64,000 nucleotides of DNA. Origin: Octopus vulgaris. Lineage: Eukaryota. A program made the translations under genes and the position numbers. Location: positions 24,242,001 through 24,306,000 of the forward strand of contig OX597818.1 of NCBI GenBank assembly GCA_951406725.2, written 5' to 3'. Positions 27,640-42,470 of this stretch are shown piece by piece. How positions within the stretch are numbered: the first letter of the stretch is position 1; each line of letters starts with the position of its first letter. Under the pieces are notes generated by a model, which was given only the letters and a program-made list of their open reading frames with translations, made no database searches and had not been told where the DNA came from.

Positions 27640-28700
27640 TGACTGTTAATCATAATAACAACAGTGATGAAGTGGAAAACTTAGAGAATGGCTCTTTGAC
27701 TTTCTACATGGTAGGAGTCAATCTGTGGCTGCAAATGGTTTTCTCTCTGCTAAGCCACCTACAATAAATGGTATACTTCAGGGCACAGTTCTAGGACCAT
27801 TATTATTTATCTTTACCCTATCAGGTATAGGGTCACAAGTGCACTCTGCCAACCTAATGAGTTACATGATGACACAAAAATATCAATGACCATCCAAACT
27901 CCAGAAGATACTGTCACATTCCAAAATGAGCTGAACCTCATTTATCAATGGGCAGATTAGGTTAATATGAAATTTGATTTATCAAAATTTCAGGGCCTCA
28001 TTATGGAGGGAATACACGCAAATCACAATATTTGGAACTAGATAATTATTCAGCACTTTAATGACATATACATGACTTAAGAGTAATTATGTCAAATGAT
28101 GTGTCTGTCATCAGCCATGTCAACAAACTGAGCTCTAAATGCAGACATCTCATAGAATGGATCCTATGAACCTTCATGACAAAAGAGCCAGTAGCGATGC
28201 TAACTCTATGGAAAACCTTAGTTCTGAGCAGTTTGGATTACTGCTCATAGCTTAGGTTTCCTAGTTCATCTGGTCTCATAGATGAAATTGAAAGGTTACA
28301 AAGAATGTTCACCCATAAAATAATGTTAGTTAAAAGACTTAATAACTGAGAATATCTGAAAGCTCTGTATGTCTACTCTCTTGAATGTTGAAGAGAGAGA
28401 CATACTATCATATACAGGAAAATCCTGCAGGAGCATGTTACAAATTTTGGCATTAGAGAGAATTTTAATGCAGAAACTGGGAGATACTGTCAGCTTCCAA
28501 ATATACCACCTTTGAAATCATGAGTGAAAACACTCTATTGTACCAGTCTGATATTTAGAGGTCCCCAAATTGTTCAACTGCCTACCTAAAGAAATCAGGA
28601 ATATAAAGGGACCTCTATTGAAACATTAAAAAAACATTGGATAAACTCCTAATGATGATACCATATCATTCAACCATTCAAGGATACACTCAGGGAAGAT
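27640..28700 (+). mobile_element. Degenerate LINE (CR1/Jockey group) RT and 3' region
   Basis: GILQGTVLGPLLFI (~27770), Y.DDTK, SSLDYCS, SLE..RERH, FRGP.LFNCLPKEIRNI. Confidence 0.8.
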
Positions 28701-29745
28701 CAGCAGCTATAAACCCAATCATAGATCAACTTCCAGCCATAAAGTGACAACAAAACTGATAGAAAATAAATTAAGGCAGTGCTTAAGCATGGCCACAGTC
28801 CTGCAACTGAAACCGTTAAAAGAATAAAAGTAAAGAAAGGCTGATGATGATAGGTAATATAGGATAAATTTAAATTTGTGGACACTTCCATTACTTATAT
28901 TTGATCTAGAATTTCTCAAATTTCAAAATTTGCTTTGAGAATTTATCCCTAACACCTGTGAAGTAGGTCATACATTATAATGATAAAAGCAAATATTGTT
29001 TATCATAAAGCAAACACTTTGTGCTATAATGTTTAAATAACATACATATGAGTATAGAACTTTAAAGAATCTTTCACTAAGGGCACTATCAAAATCCATG
29101 TGCTTGCACTATACTTGAATACATAGAACAGTACTAAATTTATCTAACAACAGTAATGTTTCCTTATAAAGCCATATTGTTGGTTTTCTGTATTTTTAAC
29201 TATATTTTGTTTAAAAGATTAATGACATACTACTTTGCTTTAAGCCAACTGAATATGTCACGAAGGTTGCTCCCATGAAGGTGAACCCATATAAAGAGAT
29301 TGTAAAACAATAGCACTAAATAAAAGAGCTCAATTAAGAACTGTTTGTTTTTATAATTTCATTATTTTCTATAAAAACATTTCATAAGAACTACAAGGAT
29401 TTATTCATTTGTTTTATGTTCATTCTCCTTGCTAACAAGAGCATGTATTAACAAGAGACATTGCCTTACAGCCATATGCACCTCCAAGCATTTAATACTT
29501 AACTGTTTTTCAAGTAAGGAATCTTTTATTTCACACACCTCTGAAGGTATTTGTTGATAGGAGAAATACTAACAACAATGAATAACTTTTGGTAAATACA
29601 GTTCTATATTTAAGAGAAGCACAGGCTACAAACCGCAAGATTCCGACTTTGATTCCAGGCAGTAACCTGAATAATAATAATAATAATAATAATAACATCA
29701 AAAAATACCTTAGGAATGAGAACCCAGGTTCAAAATTTCCCCCAA

Positions 29746-29790
29746 GACACCTGATGAAGGCTGGAGGGTATATCAGCCGAAACATTGTGC
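29746..29790 (+). ncRNA. Minimal type I hammerhead ribozyme motif (degenerate copy) in a PLE-type repeat
   Basis: cac-CTGATGA-A-ggctg[gagggtatat]cagcc-GAAA-catt-gtg. Conserved core and 5-bp stem II; CGTT appears here as CATT. Confidence 0.7.
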
Positions 29791-29982
29791 TAACGACAAA
29801 CAAGATGAGGACAAATATCCGTCTAATGTAAATAATGTTTCAGTAAATAATTTTCATAGAGTGAAAATATAAACACACAGAAACACACACACACATGCAT
29901 AAACAAGAGAGTGAATTTGGTAGAAGGAAACTGAAAAATGCTCATCTTTATGTATATAAACATCTGTGTGTGTGTGTGTGAG

Positions 29983-30029
<47 letters not shown>

Positions 30030-30998
30030 GGTGTCGCCTTGGCTTGATATTGTGTAGTTGTTGTGAGTATCACTGTCATACAAGTACTGCTCTTAGTTGC
30101 CAATCTTTTGTGAAAACATGTCTGGTCATGGGGGAAATGTTACCTTACTTGGACACAAATGAGAGTTAGCAACAGGAAGTGCATCCAGCTATAGAAAAGC
30201 TACCTCAACAAATTCAATCTAACCTATGCAAGCATGGAAAAGTGGATGGTAAAATGATGAAGATGATGATGATTACACACAAACACAACAGGTTTATTTC
30301 AGTTTCTACCAAATTCACTCACAAGGCTTTGGCTGGCCTGAGGCTACAGTAGAAGACACTTGCCCAAAGTGTTGTACTGCTATCATTAGCAGGGAATAAA
30401 TAATAATGGAAAAAGAAGCAATTAACAAATAGCACTCACTGTAACATGTTGAAATTTTAGGAATTAGTGTTGATGATGGTGTATTTACAGCCTATTCAAT
30501 CTTTAAATCTTTTAAACACAGAAAGATCAATATTAATTGAAATTAAGCATCAGTTATTTTATACAGTTATTGTTTGTCGCAGTGATGAAATGAACATTGC
30601 AAAAGTAACATTTTACTTCTAGGGCATGACGTTTTTAAAGATTTTGTTTAATAAATAGTCAAATATTTAAATACAATTATAGTTCACTAGATTAGTTAAG
30701 TTAAGAAAAGCTATATTTACAATATCTGTATCTCTACAATCACAATCAGTTGTCTATTCCAATTCTGGATTAACTATTAAGAAAATAAACTTGTGCTTAG
30801 GGCATCAAGGGAAGTGGGGCACCACTGAAATGGTAAATGGCTTATGGTACAAAAGAAATCACTTTAAACTTGCTAAAATAATATTTGAAGTCATATATAT
30901 GACTGGAAATATAATTTCTAAGTGTTCATTATGTCATAGTCTGAAGCTGATCAAAGACTTCACAATTAAAAATAGTATGAGAAAACTTTCCAAATATA

Positions 30999-31718
30999 AA
31001 CTAGAAAAGCACTCGGAGAGCGCAGACCTCCACCAAGCAGCTAATTTCCACCCATAGACACGCATGCTGAATATTGCCCAATTTCCCAAACCAACGCCAG
31101 CAAAATGATAACCTCCTTACAGGGTTAAAAAAAAAATAACAGCCATATGATTAAAAAAACATAACCTCCTTACAGGGTTAAAAAAAAATAAAATAACACA
31201 GCCATATGATTAAAAAAAAAAACCTTTAAAAACAGGAATCATCTGAAGCAGTTATAATACATCATTGACAACAGCAAGCTAGTTTCATAGCAGTGGTGGA
31301 GGGAGCAAAGCCTGAGCTTTTTGAGTCTTGTTATGTCATCCTCTGCAGACCTCCGCCAAGCAGCTCATTTTAAAATAGATACGGGAGTAAAATTACTAAT
31401 AGAGAAATGAAAATAAACTTTGGAAACAGCAATGCCACCATAGGTTAAGTGGAAACGATGAACGTGTTTTCAAAGGAGATAATCAAAGAACATAACATAA
31501 TACTTCATATAAAGTAAATATAACAAATGAAAAATCCTTCAAGAATCCATAAAAATTCCCAGATCACTACCAAACTATCATCATCTGTTCCTTGTGTCAT
31601 TACCAACTTTTCCTGCAAGTTTCATAAAATACTGTTCACAACTTTTTGAGTTATTTTGCATGCAGACGGACAAACTAACACAGATGAAAACATAACCCCT
31701 TTCCTTGGTGGAGGTAAT
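30999..31718 (-). mobile_element. Helentron-associated (HINE/DINE-1-like) non-autonomous element
   Basis: Sub-terminal inverted repeats acctccaccaag (31026) / cttggtggaggt (31704), GTCC/GTCT motif (rc of gcagacggac), terminal hairpin gcactc-gga-gagcgc beside CTAG. Confidence 0.6.
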
Positions 31719-33574
31719 AAAGTACAAGTATACAAAAATAGACATTATCTTCCAGTTTACCGTTAGTTTTGTTTCATTTTGAAAAATATAAAATAATTTT
31801 ATGGTTTATTATTGCTTATATTTTGAATTATATATATATATATATATATATATATGGGGGCACCAAAATCTTTAAGTGCTGAGGGCTTCTATGGGTCTTA
31901 ATCTGGTCTATTCCTAGGTATATACATAATCAAATTTGTTTGAACTATGAATCATAATTTCTAAAGTAAAAATAGTAATGCTCTTATTCACAAAGTTACC
32001 GATAATTGTGAAAGTACGTAGTGGTTTAAGCACATTATTACTCTTAGCTTTGTTCTATTTCAGCCTGGGAAATAAAACATTTAATAAAGATATGAGATTA
32101 AACCAATAAAAACAATTTAGATATAAATTTTGTTATAGCATTTCATGTCAGGTATAAAAACAACTGTCATTACCTAGACCAGCATTGCACTGACTTGTTT
32201 TTACTACATCAAATCTCAAGTGTAATGGAAAAAAGGCTACAGATGTATTTTGAGAATGATAAAAAGGAATAAAAGGTTTTCTAAATACACCACAAATAGT
32301 AAGTTGTGGTATTCCTTAATTTTTAAAAAAATTAAGAAAAGAAAAAAGAAAAACCTACTAAAAGATTCATATTAAGTAAAAATATATACAAATTCAGGAA
32401 TGGCTGTGTGATAAGCAGTTCATTTCCCCACCACATGAATCTAGGTTCAGTCCCACTACATGGCACCACCTTGGGCAAGTGTCTTCAGTAAGGGTGATCA
32501 AAGCCTTGAAAGTGCATTTGGATTGTATTTTGCCATCGTGCGTGCGTGCGTGCGTGCGTGTGTGTGTGCATGCATGCTCTTTCAGTCTTAACATCACATC
32601 ATAGGTGTAAAAGAGTGTTACAGTCATGCAAGCAGTGTCATTTGGTTCCGATCATCCATAAAACGTGGTCAGCAGGGAAATATTACCTCACTTGGAAACA
32701 GGTGGGGGTTGGTAACAGGAAGGGCATCCAACCACAGTAAATCTGCCTCATCAAATTCTGCCTGACCCATACAAGCATGGAAAAGTGGACATTAAAATGA
32801 TGAAGAAGAAGAATTCATTTGCCCCAAAATTAATATGATACTGCCTAACAAATAAAAACTATGAAAGCATCCACAATAGCATTTAACCCTTTTGATATCA
32901 AATCATCTCAGATTACTCAAAGTCCTATCATACAAAACTCTCACTTTTAAAGGATTTGTATTTAAATTAAAACACTCCCTTAGATTTTCGTATAAGAATC
33001 CCTTAAGATATGTTAATTGTTTCTATTGACATTTAAGATAAAAACTGGAAGGGGCTTAATAAAATAAGCAACTTTTGCATTATGAAAATTTTGGAACATA
33101 ATTAAAAAAATATTCTTACATGAAATTCTAAGGGAAAGTACTCAAGAAATATAAACATGAATGAGTTAATAGTGTTTCTATTAACTCATTCATCACCCTA
33201 AAGAAGCTGGGTGATTCATTTTCCATTTAAAATCCAACAGTGAGGCTAAAAAATTAACCTTTCTCTATAACTTGAATTATTTATCACATGTTAATGGTAT
33301 TTATTTCAGTAGTCTCATAAATTTCAAGGAGTATTTTGAGATTTAAAGAAATTGAAAGGGAGAACTCATTAGTATCATTCTGTCTAACAAAACATGTTGA
33401 TATTGTACCTGTCCCTTCAATTTTATATTTAAAAATTGCCACTTCAAATCGGAGAATAAATATCATTATGATACATATTATATACAGTTATTATACTATG
33501 AGCCTTCCATAGTAGCTTTCTCTCCGTAACTCGCAAAGCTTTTTGGGTTTGTTTATAAAAATATAATTTATGTA

Positions 33575-33613
<39 letters not shown>

Positions 33614-33616
<3 letters not shown>

Positions 33617-34020
33617 TCTTTTACTTGTTTCAGTCATTTGACTGTGGCCATGCTGGAGCACCGCCTTTAGTCAAGCAAATCCACCCCAAGACTTATTCTT
33701 CGTAAGCCCAGTACTTATTCTATTGGTCTCTTTTGCCAAACAGCTAAGTAATGGGAACGTAAACACACCAGCAATGGTTGTCAAGCAATGTTGGGGGGAG
33801 AAACACAGACAAACACAGACACACAAACATATACACATATATATATATACATATATACGACAGGCTTCTTTCAGTTTCTGTCTACCAAATCCACTCACAA
33901 GGCTTTGGTTGGCCCGAGGCTATAGTAGAAGACACTTGCTCAAGGTGCCACGCAGTGGGACTGAACCCAGAACCATGTGGTTGGTAAGCAAGCTACTTAC
34001 CACGCAGGCATTCCTGTGCC
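33614..34020 (-). mobile_element. Family A SINE
   Basis: Reverse complement of the 7110-7523 sequence. Confidence 0.88.
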
Positions 34021-34027
34021 TATATAT

Positions 34028-34120
<93 letters not shown>

Positions 34121-34128
34121 CATATATA

Positions 34129-34159
<31 letters not shown>

Positions 34160-34859
34160 CATCATCATCATCATCATCGTTTAATGTCCGTTTTCCGCGC
34201 TAGCACGGGTTGGACGGTTTGACCAGGGTCTGGGAAGCCAGGGGCTGCATCAGGCTCCAGTCTGATCTGGCAGTGTTTCTACAGCTGGATGCCCTTCCTA
34301 ACGCCAACCACTCCGCGAGTGTAGTGGGTGCTTTTTACGTGCCAGGGGAGTCTATATATATATATATAGGATCAAAGATCCTTCCTGAGCCATAGGCTCA
34401 TAGGGCTGGTTTCCCAGATTATGTGGCAGACATATTACCCCTTGGACAGGATGCTGGTTTTTTGTAGGCTTACTCACTTTGTCAGTGGACTGCAGCAATG
34501 TGAAACGAAGTGTTTTGCTTGAGAACACAATGCATCGCCTGGTCCACGAATCAATACCACAAGCTTACAATCACAAGTGTAACACCCTAACCACTAATAC
34601 CTTCACACACACACATACATTTTTATATAAAAAAAGGATAAGACCGTTATTCAAAATAACGATCAAATCAAGTGGCCAGCATGGGAAGAAAAACCTTATC
34701 GGTAATAATTATTATTGAAATTACAATTGAGGTTATCCAAGATACCATCATGCTCGAGATGGCAGCCAAATCCTGGCTCCAAGACTATGTCAAGTACTTG
34801 ATGTGGTTTTGGAGTCAGGCTATTCGTGGTGGTATCCTGAATAGCCTCAATTATAATAT

Positions 34860-35224
34860 AAGCACCATTCGAGCATGGTTGATACCAGTGCTGGCTGACT
34901 AGTCCCATGCCAATGGCACGTAAAAAGCACCATTTCAGTGTGGTCATTGCCAGTGCCACCTGACTGACTCCTGTGCTGGTGGTACATAAAAAGCACCATT
35001 CAAGCATGGTTGATGCCAGTACCACCTGACTAGCCCTCTAGCCGGTGGCACATAAAAAGCAACCACTACACTCTCAAAGTGGTTGGTGTTAGGAAAGGCA
35101 TCCAGCTGTAGAAACTTTGCTAGATCAGGTTGGAGCCTGGTGCATCCTTCTGGCTTGCCAGCCCTCAGTCAAACTGTGCAACCCATGCCAGCATGGAAAG
35201 GGGATGTTAAATGATGATGATGAT
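34860..35224 (+). mobile_element. (GAT)n-tailed SINE/RTE-tail family B with internal tandem units (other copies 9325-9515, 34160-34345, 41190-41400, 44510-44820, 48660-48830, 49090-49400)
   Basis: Repeated ggcacgtaaaaagcaccatt units followed by aaggcatccagctgtagaaac...caacccatgccagcatggaaag...ttaaatgatgatgat. Confidence 0.75.
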
Positions 35225-35697
35225 ACACACACACACACACACACATATATATAGAAAGAGAGAGAAAGAGAGAGCATGATTGAGACAGAAAGAGATGAAA
35301 TGAAAATTTGCAGATAAAAATATGATGTTGCACATGTTTCAATTTTGGTCTTTCAAGCGCAGCATGATGTAAGTTTAAGAAGTAGTAGTGATGATGATGA
35401 TGATAATGATGATGATGATGATGATGACAATGGTGACAAGGACAATGATGAGGACAAAAATAATAATTTTGGTTGTATTAAATACTTATTAACTGGCACT
35501 ATTCAACTGAATATCCATTAAATATCAGGATTTCATCTGAATCCTATTATAATCACCTTAAGAATATTTGAGATTATTTATGAATAGTTTTCTTTGGAAT
35601 TCAGACATGCTATTATTATGCCTATTCAGTGCTGGAAACAATTTCAGCCTTTGGATTCTAAAAAGTGGGTGTATTCAAGTGTGTGTGTGTGTGTGTG

Positions 35698-35747
<50 letters not shown>

Positions 35748-35800
35748 TTTATCTTTTACTTGTTTCAGTCATTTGACTGTGGCCATGCTGGAGCACCGCC

Positions 35801-35831
<31 letters not shown>

Positions 35832-36735
35832 TAATATATTATCCTTTGTTCGCCTTTCACTTGTTTCAGACCTTGGACTGTGGTCATGCTGGAGCACTGC
35901 CTTCATGAGTTTAGTTGAACTCAGTACTTATTTTTAAGCCTGGTATTCTTTCAGTTTCATTTGCCAAACTGCTAAATTATAGAGATGTAAAGAAACTAAT
36001 ACCAGTTGCCATGCAGTGGTAGGTAACAGGCACGCACACACCATCATCATCATTTAATGTCTGCCTTCCATGCTAGCATGGGTTGGATGGTTTGACAGGA
36101 GCTGGCCAAGCAGAAGCCTGCACTATGCCTACTGTGTCTGAGAAATTTCTTTCAGCTTCTTTCTATTAAATACTCTGAAGGCTTTGGTCAGCCTGAGGTT
36201 ATAGTAGAAGACACTTGTCCAAGTTGCCACACAGTGGGACTGAACCCGGAGCGATGTGGTTGGGAAGCAAACTTCTTACCACACCTGTATATATCTTATG
36301 CAACAAAATCTTCATAAACTAGAAACCCCTAAACAAGTATTATCCTTACTAAAATTAAAATCCCTATGGAAGACAATTACAATATTACTGTATGATATAT
36401 ATACCAAACCAATATATATATATAACATATGTGCTGTATCAAACAGTCAGACTATCAGCTGATGCTATATACCTCTGGTCACAATGTGTTTCCTCACATT
36501 ATTGTAGCTTTCAAATGATGCCACCCCTGACTAGGCAAGTAAGCCAAACATTTTATCTTCAATGGAACACCAATTCGTTGTAGGATTTCCCATTTACAGC
36601 TGAGTAGACAGGAGCAAATTGAAATGAAGTACTTTACTCAATATATGGCTTGTCTAGGAATAGAAACCATGATCTTGCAATTATGTGTGCAACGCCCTAA
36701 CCACTAGGTCATGTGCTATATATGTGCTCCCTTTG

Positions 36736-36770
<35 letters not shown>

Positions 36771-39700
36771 CCTACTGGGACAGAAAGAAGTTATTGTAAG
36801 GGCTCAACAGTCTCTACTAACTGATACATATTTAATCAAATTATAAATACATATATATAAGGATATCTGTTAAGCAACAAATTGTGCTGGTGCCATACAA
36901 AAAAGCACTCATGCCCGCACACACTGTAAAGTTGTTGGCATTAGGAAAGGCATCCAGTCATAGAAACTTTTATATCCTTCTAAACATTGGATATACAGAT
37001 TTCACAAAGCGAGGATAGACACAATTTAAAAATTTTATGGTGATTGCCAGAATTTCTTTTATTATAGGTCTATTCAATCATTGTAGACCTGGGGTTAAAC
37101 AATAACAATTAGGATTAACCAAATGTTCAATAAATGTACCATATGCCAGACAATAAACTTAACTATTACATATGGGTAGATTAAATCTAAGATTAAGATA
37201 AAATTTTGTAGATAAAAATGAATAAAAGCAATTTCAGTATCTTGCATTTTTTGTTTACAAATTACTTTCTATATTTAATAATTATATGAAGTATAAAAAA
37301 ATAATTTGTACAAAATTATATGAAAGAAAATTAGACAATATAAATTATTGCATACAATAAGCTCTTGATATTATACATTCAAAACCCTAAGAGAAAACAA
37401 TGAAGAAAAATTATATGAACATTTCAAAATCTAAAAGAGGAAAATTGCCAAAATAAACATGTAACGCTTTTCTGTTTGTTCTGTACATAAATATTATTTA
37501 GTTTTCTCAATTAAGAAAAATAATATAATACTCCTAACTAAAAAAATTTAATCATGCATCATGATCTCACATAGTGTCAATATTTTGATGCCTAAATTTC
37601 TGTGATTAGTTATTATACTGATTAGCCTAGTGGATAAGAACATCTTTAGCCAGCATGAAGAATAAAAGATAAGGGTTTGTGTGTTCAATCTCACCATGAG
37701 TACATGTATGTAAGAAAGTATAGCATTGGTAATGACTGGAAATCAAAACCATAAGAAATGTAGCATTTTACAAAAGAAAATGGTTAACAGTCTGAAAATG
37801 TTTTCAATCATTATCAATATATTTGTTTTTTGATATATCAAACTTTTGTTATATAAAATCTCACTTCCTGAAATGGTCAAGAAAATATTTAGTAGTAAAT
37901 GTTCTAGCCATAAGTTATGATGCTTATTCAGTATTTGTGCAATATATGTTTTTTTTTTCAAGGTAAATAAAGCAAATGATAAGTCAGGAAAATAGCTTTG
38001 CTAAACATTATCATTGTAGTTAGTTTTCTATTGTGAGGGAGACTAGATAGGTTTGACAAATTATCTGCTAAATGAAAGCTTTTGTGGAAAAACTTGTCTG
38101 ATTAAACAAGTCATAGGAATAGTTAATGAGTAAGATACTATGACAAATAATATTCTCAAAGCAATTTCTCATATATGACAGTAAAATCAACACATAGTTG
38201 ATAAACAATGTTATGTCTGAAATGATTGCTACCTGTTGTAGAAAATATGTACATATGTATATATACAAACATGCACGAGCATGCAAAATAATGTTATTTG
38301 CCTAAGTTTTCTTTATACAAATTATTTGAAGAAAAATTCTTAAATCTTACTGGTTAACAGTCTAGTGGTATTGAAGATAGTGTGGAGACAGTGAACTTTC
38401 AGTATTCCAGTTGTTTTCATAATCTTGTGTGTGTCAGAGAAAGGGGGAATAGAAAGACATTGCTTCTTGACATTAACTCTTCCATTGATTGAAGAATTTA
38501 AACTCAACATTGTGAATTAACAAATTGAAAGCAATTCTTATTAATTATACAACATTTCTGCTGTTAACTGCAGTAAACTGCTACAGGGGATACTGTTATA
38601 ACACACAGGTTGTCTTAACTTTTAATATAGTGCCTCAAGTGGATGAAAAATGTTGATGTTATGGCTTACTATCAATCAACTCTGCTGTGACACTATACAT
38701 GCAAAATATCCCTCTCTCATCAGCAATCTTTGAAATCATAGTAAACTAGGTAAAATTCTTCTTTTCTAAATTTTCAACTTAATAATTACAAAATAAATTC
38801 TATATGATCTTGTAAAAAAGAAAACTATTAACTATAAATTTGGAAATATGTGAAACACAATTATGTATCCATGTTATTTCCAAGTGAATTTTTTATTACG
38901 TAAATAACTTCAACTGGAATTGAAAACAAGATTGTTATTGTTTAGATTCAAGTTAACCTTGAAAGTGCAAACCTATAATCAAAGGCATTTTAGTCTTGGC
39001 TAGTAGACTTTTTCTTTATAAGCATAGTCTATCCATGACTACATTATCCAATGTGCCTTTTCTTTTTGAAAATGGCAGGGTGTAATTTCAAGGATATTTG
39101 ACTGCTAGTTCTAGTAAGTCCATTGACTACATAGAAAGGCTTCCTTGTTTTGCTATAAACATAGATTACTTGGAGTATCTCTTTCTTTAAGGTACTTACC
39201 ATAATAAATGCTAATGTTTTTATCCTATGATAAAATAATTGCTTGGCAAATAGACATCACTTCCTTGTTGGCTTTCTAGAATGCAAATAGTTGTACCAAC
39301 TGAACCTACCTCTTATAGGTTCTGCCTATAACATTTAAAATTTCTTTCTTTCTTAGCCTATGAACTTATTGCAAATACCAACTACTTCAAATTCTAACTT
39401 TCATTAGTTGCCCCTATTCTGAATCTTTAACTGATACTTCTTTACTCAAAATTTCTTACCTCTCCTTCTTACTCTCATAACACCTGACGGTTAAATTTTG
39501 GGTTTTTAGCTTCCATAAACTCTATTTAAATTACATTTCTAGGAATTCCTTCTAATAAATCAGTCATATCTAGTCATTCCAAATAATCTATCTTTATTTC
39601 TCAATGTTTTTCCTTCTTATGTATACAAAAAAATAGCTGTTTCAAGATTTCTATACCAAGGCCACTATATCAACTCCTAGGTACCCAAGTAATATTGCTT

Positions 39701-40279
39701 AAAATATTTAAAGTAAAATTTTTGGAGGTTGGGCTAAATACTAAATTCATTTAGTATACTGCAATAGTTTGGTTATTGTGAAACATTAAAGTCAACGTTC
39801 AAAAGATTTGAATAACATATTCAAAGAATGGTTAGAATTACTATTAGTGGGCTACCAATCAAATGGATTGACAGTGTTGACTAGAACCTGCATTGTCTCA
39901 AGTTTCTCACTATCTTTTCTAAAACTGCCTCTGGTTTTATGAAACAAAACTTTTTTTAAAGTGTCCATATTTAAACTCTTCTGTCATGCTTTTATGAAAA
40001 GACCTTTCTTTCAGTTACATTTTAAACTCCAGTTTAATGATGAAATGTTATTTTACTAAATTCCTCCAAAATCTTGTATGTGTTCACAATTAATCAAATC
40101 CTTTAGACAGGAAATTTCGTTAGAAATATAGTCAAAGAATAATCAAGACATTTGGGGAAATTATTCATATCTATTTTACAATAGTTTTATACATACTATT
40201 CTGAAATTTTGCCCAAAATAGAAAGAGTGGAAAGTAAGAGAGAGCTGGAAGACAGTGAATAAACATATATCATTATTTA

Positions 40280-41070
40280 GGACCATGCCCACTTCAGGTA
40301 AATGGCTCTGCTTGATATGTAGGAAAGGTGTAGGCAGAAATTCCATTTTATGTACCCATTGCAAGCTCTGGATGCACAAGAGGTGCAGTGGAATAGAAGG
40401 AAGGTTAACAGATATAGTGTTTGTAAGTGGAAGATGTACAGGAGTCATAAAGACTACAGATATATGGGAAACTGATTTCGTAAGATGCCTCAGAGGCAGT
40501 AGTATATAATTTCTGCTACTTAAGTGACCTAATTAGCAGTGGAGGAGGTACAATTGCTATAAGAAGTACAATTGCAATAAGAAGAATAAGATGGAGAAAG
40601 TTCAGAAAACTTTTACCTCTGTTGGCAACCAAAGGTCCCTCTTCCCAAATGAAAGGAAAATTGTATGATGTGAACGAACTGCAATGCTGCATGGTGGTGA
40701 GATGTAGGCCATGAATGCAGAGGACATGTGAAAACTATAGAAGAATGAAGTTGGTATGTTCCACTTGATGTACAATGTCAGTGTACATGTGCAACAAAGT
40801 GCTACTGCATTGGATACAAAGTTAGCCACAGGAGGAATTTGATGCAGCGTGCAAGAGAGAAGATTGCACTGGTTTGATCATATGATCCATATGGATGAGG
40901 ACAGTTGCATAAAGAAGTACTGATCACTTAAAGTGGATGGAAGTTGTGGAAGAAGGAAACTCAGGAAAACATGGGATGAAGTATTGAAAGCCGATTTCAA
41001 AACACTGAGCCTTATGAAAATGACAAAGGGCTGAGATATATGGTGCATTGTTGTACCCAAGTAGACCTGC
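40280..41070 (+). mobile_element. RTE-clade LINE 3' fragment
   Basis: SGKWLCLICRKGVGRNSILCTHCKLWMHKRCSGI zinc-finger insert, RWRKFRKLLP, MLHGGE, ERRLHWFDH, GSCGRRKLRKTW. Confidence 0.85.
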
Positions 41071-41619
41071 CCACCACAACAGAATTGATATTTTAAGACC
41101 ATCTTTATAATGTTTGTTCACAAGGGACTTTACCCTGTCAACCTTCTCCCCCATCCCTCCCCACATTTCATCCCCTAACACCCAAAAAACAGTAGTAATG
41201 GTGCCACATAAAAAGCACTGGTGATGGAGCCATGTAAAAAGCATCCAGTATACTCTGTAAAATGGTTGGCATTAAGAAGGGCATCCAGCTGTAGACACCA
41301 AGCCAAAACAGACTATGGAACCTGGTGTGGCTCCTGGCCTTGCCAGCTCCTGTCAAACCCAAACTAGCTTGCAAATGGATGTTAATGATGATGGTGATGA
41401 TCAACCATCACCACCATATAAATGTTACTATTTACAAGATCTGTTCAAAAAAAACAAACCAAACTTTTAAATCAGTGTGCCAACAAGTCAGGACAACATG
41501 TTCACAACAACAATAGTATGTATGGGTGATCTTAACTTTCAGCTTAATAATAACCACATTACACCATGCAATTTAGTCATTGATCTACATGTACTAGATT
41601 GACTGCATGTCTAGTGCAC

Positions 41620-42470
41620 TTAGTGATTTTCAGAAACGGAACAATGAAAGATTTGAAAAGTAACATATTTGTGTGAAATTCTGCTTCAAATTAAGAAAAC
41701 CTTTTTACAAAAGTTTAACTAATATCACAACAGGCTTATGGTGGGGATTATTTGAGTCATGTGCACTGTCATGAGTGGTTCCAGCATTTCAAATTCAGAA
41801 GAATGTCTACTGAAGACAATCCCAAATCTAGATGACCTTCCATGGGATCAGATGATTACAACATGAAAGTGCATGTAATCCATGAAAATCATTACCTGAC
41901 TGTCCATAAAATTTCCAAAGAAACAGTCATCTGTAAAAGCTTGTGCCATAGGATTTTAAAATAAAAATTGAAGATGTTTTGTGTTGTTGCAAAATTTGTG
42001 AACAAAAGAGAACCAAATTACAAATGCTTGAGCATTCAAATGCTTATGAAAACTCTCTGGAAAGTGTCATAGCAGGTGATGAAATATGTGTATGGCTATG
42101 ATGTTGATATTGCTCATGCTCATGTGTTCTCCTTATCTGTAAATTTTAGGAAAGCACAAGATAACTTTCATTCTCCCAGTCACATTACTCTACATTTTGG
42201 GATCTGCAGACTTTTATTTATTCCTAAAGCTGAAATCAACTCTGAAAGGCTGCTGATTTTAGATGACAGAAAAGTTTGAAGAGAATTCACTATGAGAAAC
42301 ATATTCCAAGAGGCATTAAAAAACTGGAAGAAATGTTGGAAGTAGTGTACCAACAGTAGAGGGTGACTATTCTGAAGGAGACAAGGGATTTTTTGAAATT
42401 GAGTAAAGCAGTAGCTTTGTTTTTTTGAAAAGTTTGTTTTGTTTTGGGACAGTTCTCATATGCACATTTT
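41620..42470 (+). mobile_element. Degenerate mariner transposase remnant
   Basis: ICVKFCFKL, QAYGGDYLS..HEWFQHFK, AGDE..VYGYD and C-terminal ..GDYSEGDK motifs, with stops and frameshifts. Confidence 0.8.

Noticed and set aside
33671-34395. Cluster of overlapping ORFs up to 153 aa
   Set aside because: Translations of SINE sequence and TA/CA microsatellites. The same applies to 15346-15580, 35568-35937, 53099-53326 and the SINE ORFs at 7096-7528 and 22478-23008.
34860-35070. Regularly spaced repeats resembling a CRISPR array
   Set aside because: The spacers are themselves homologous, the context is eukaryotic, and the units are internal to SINE family B.
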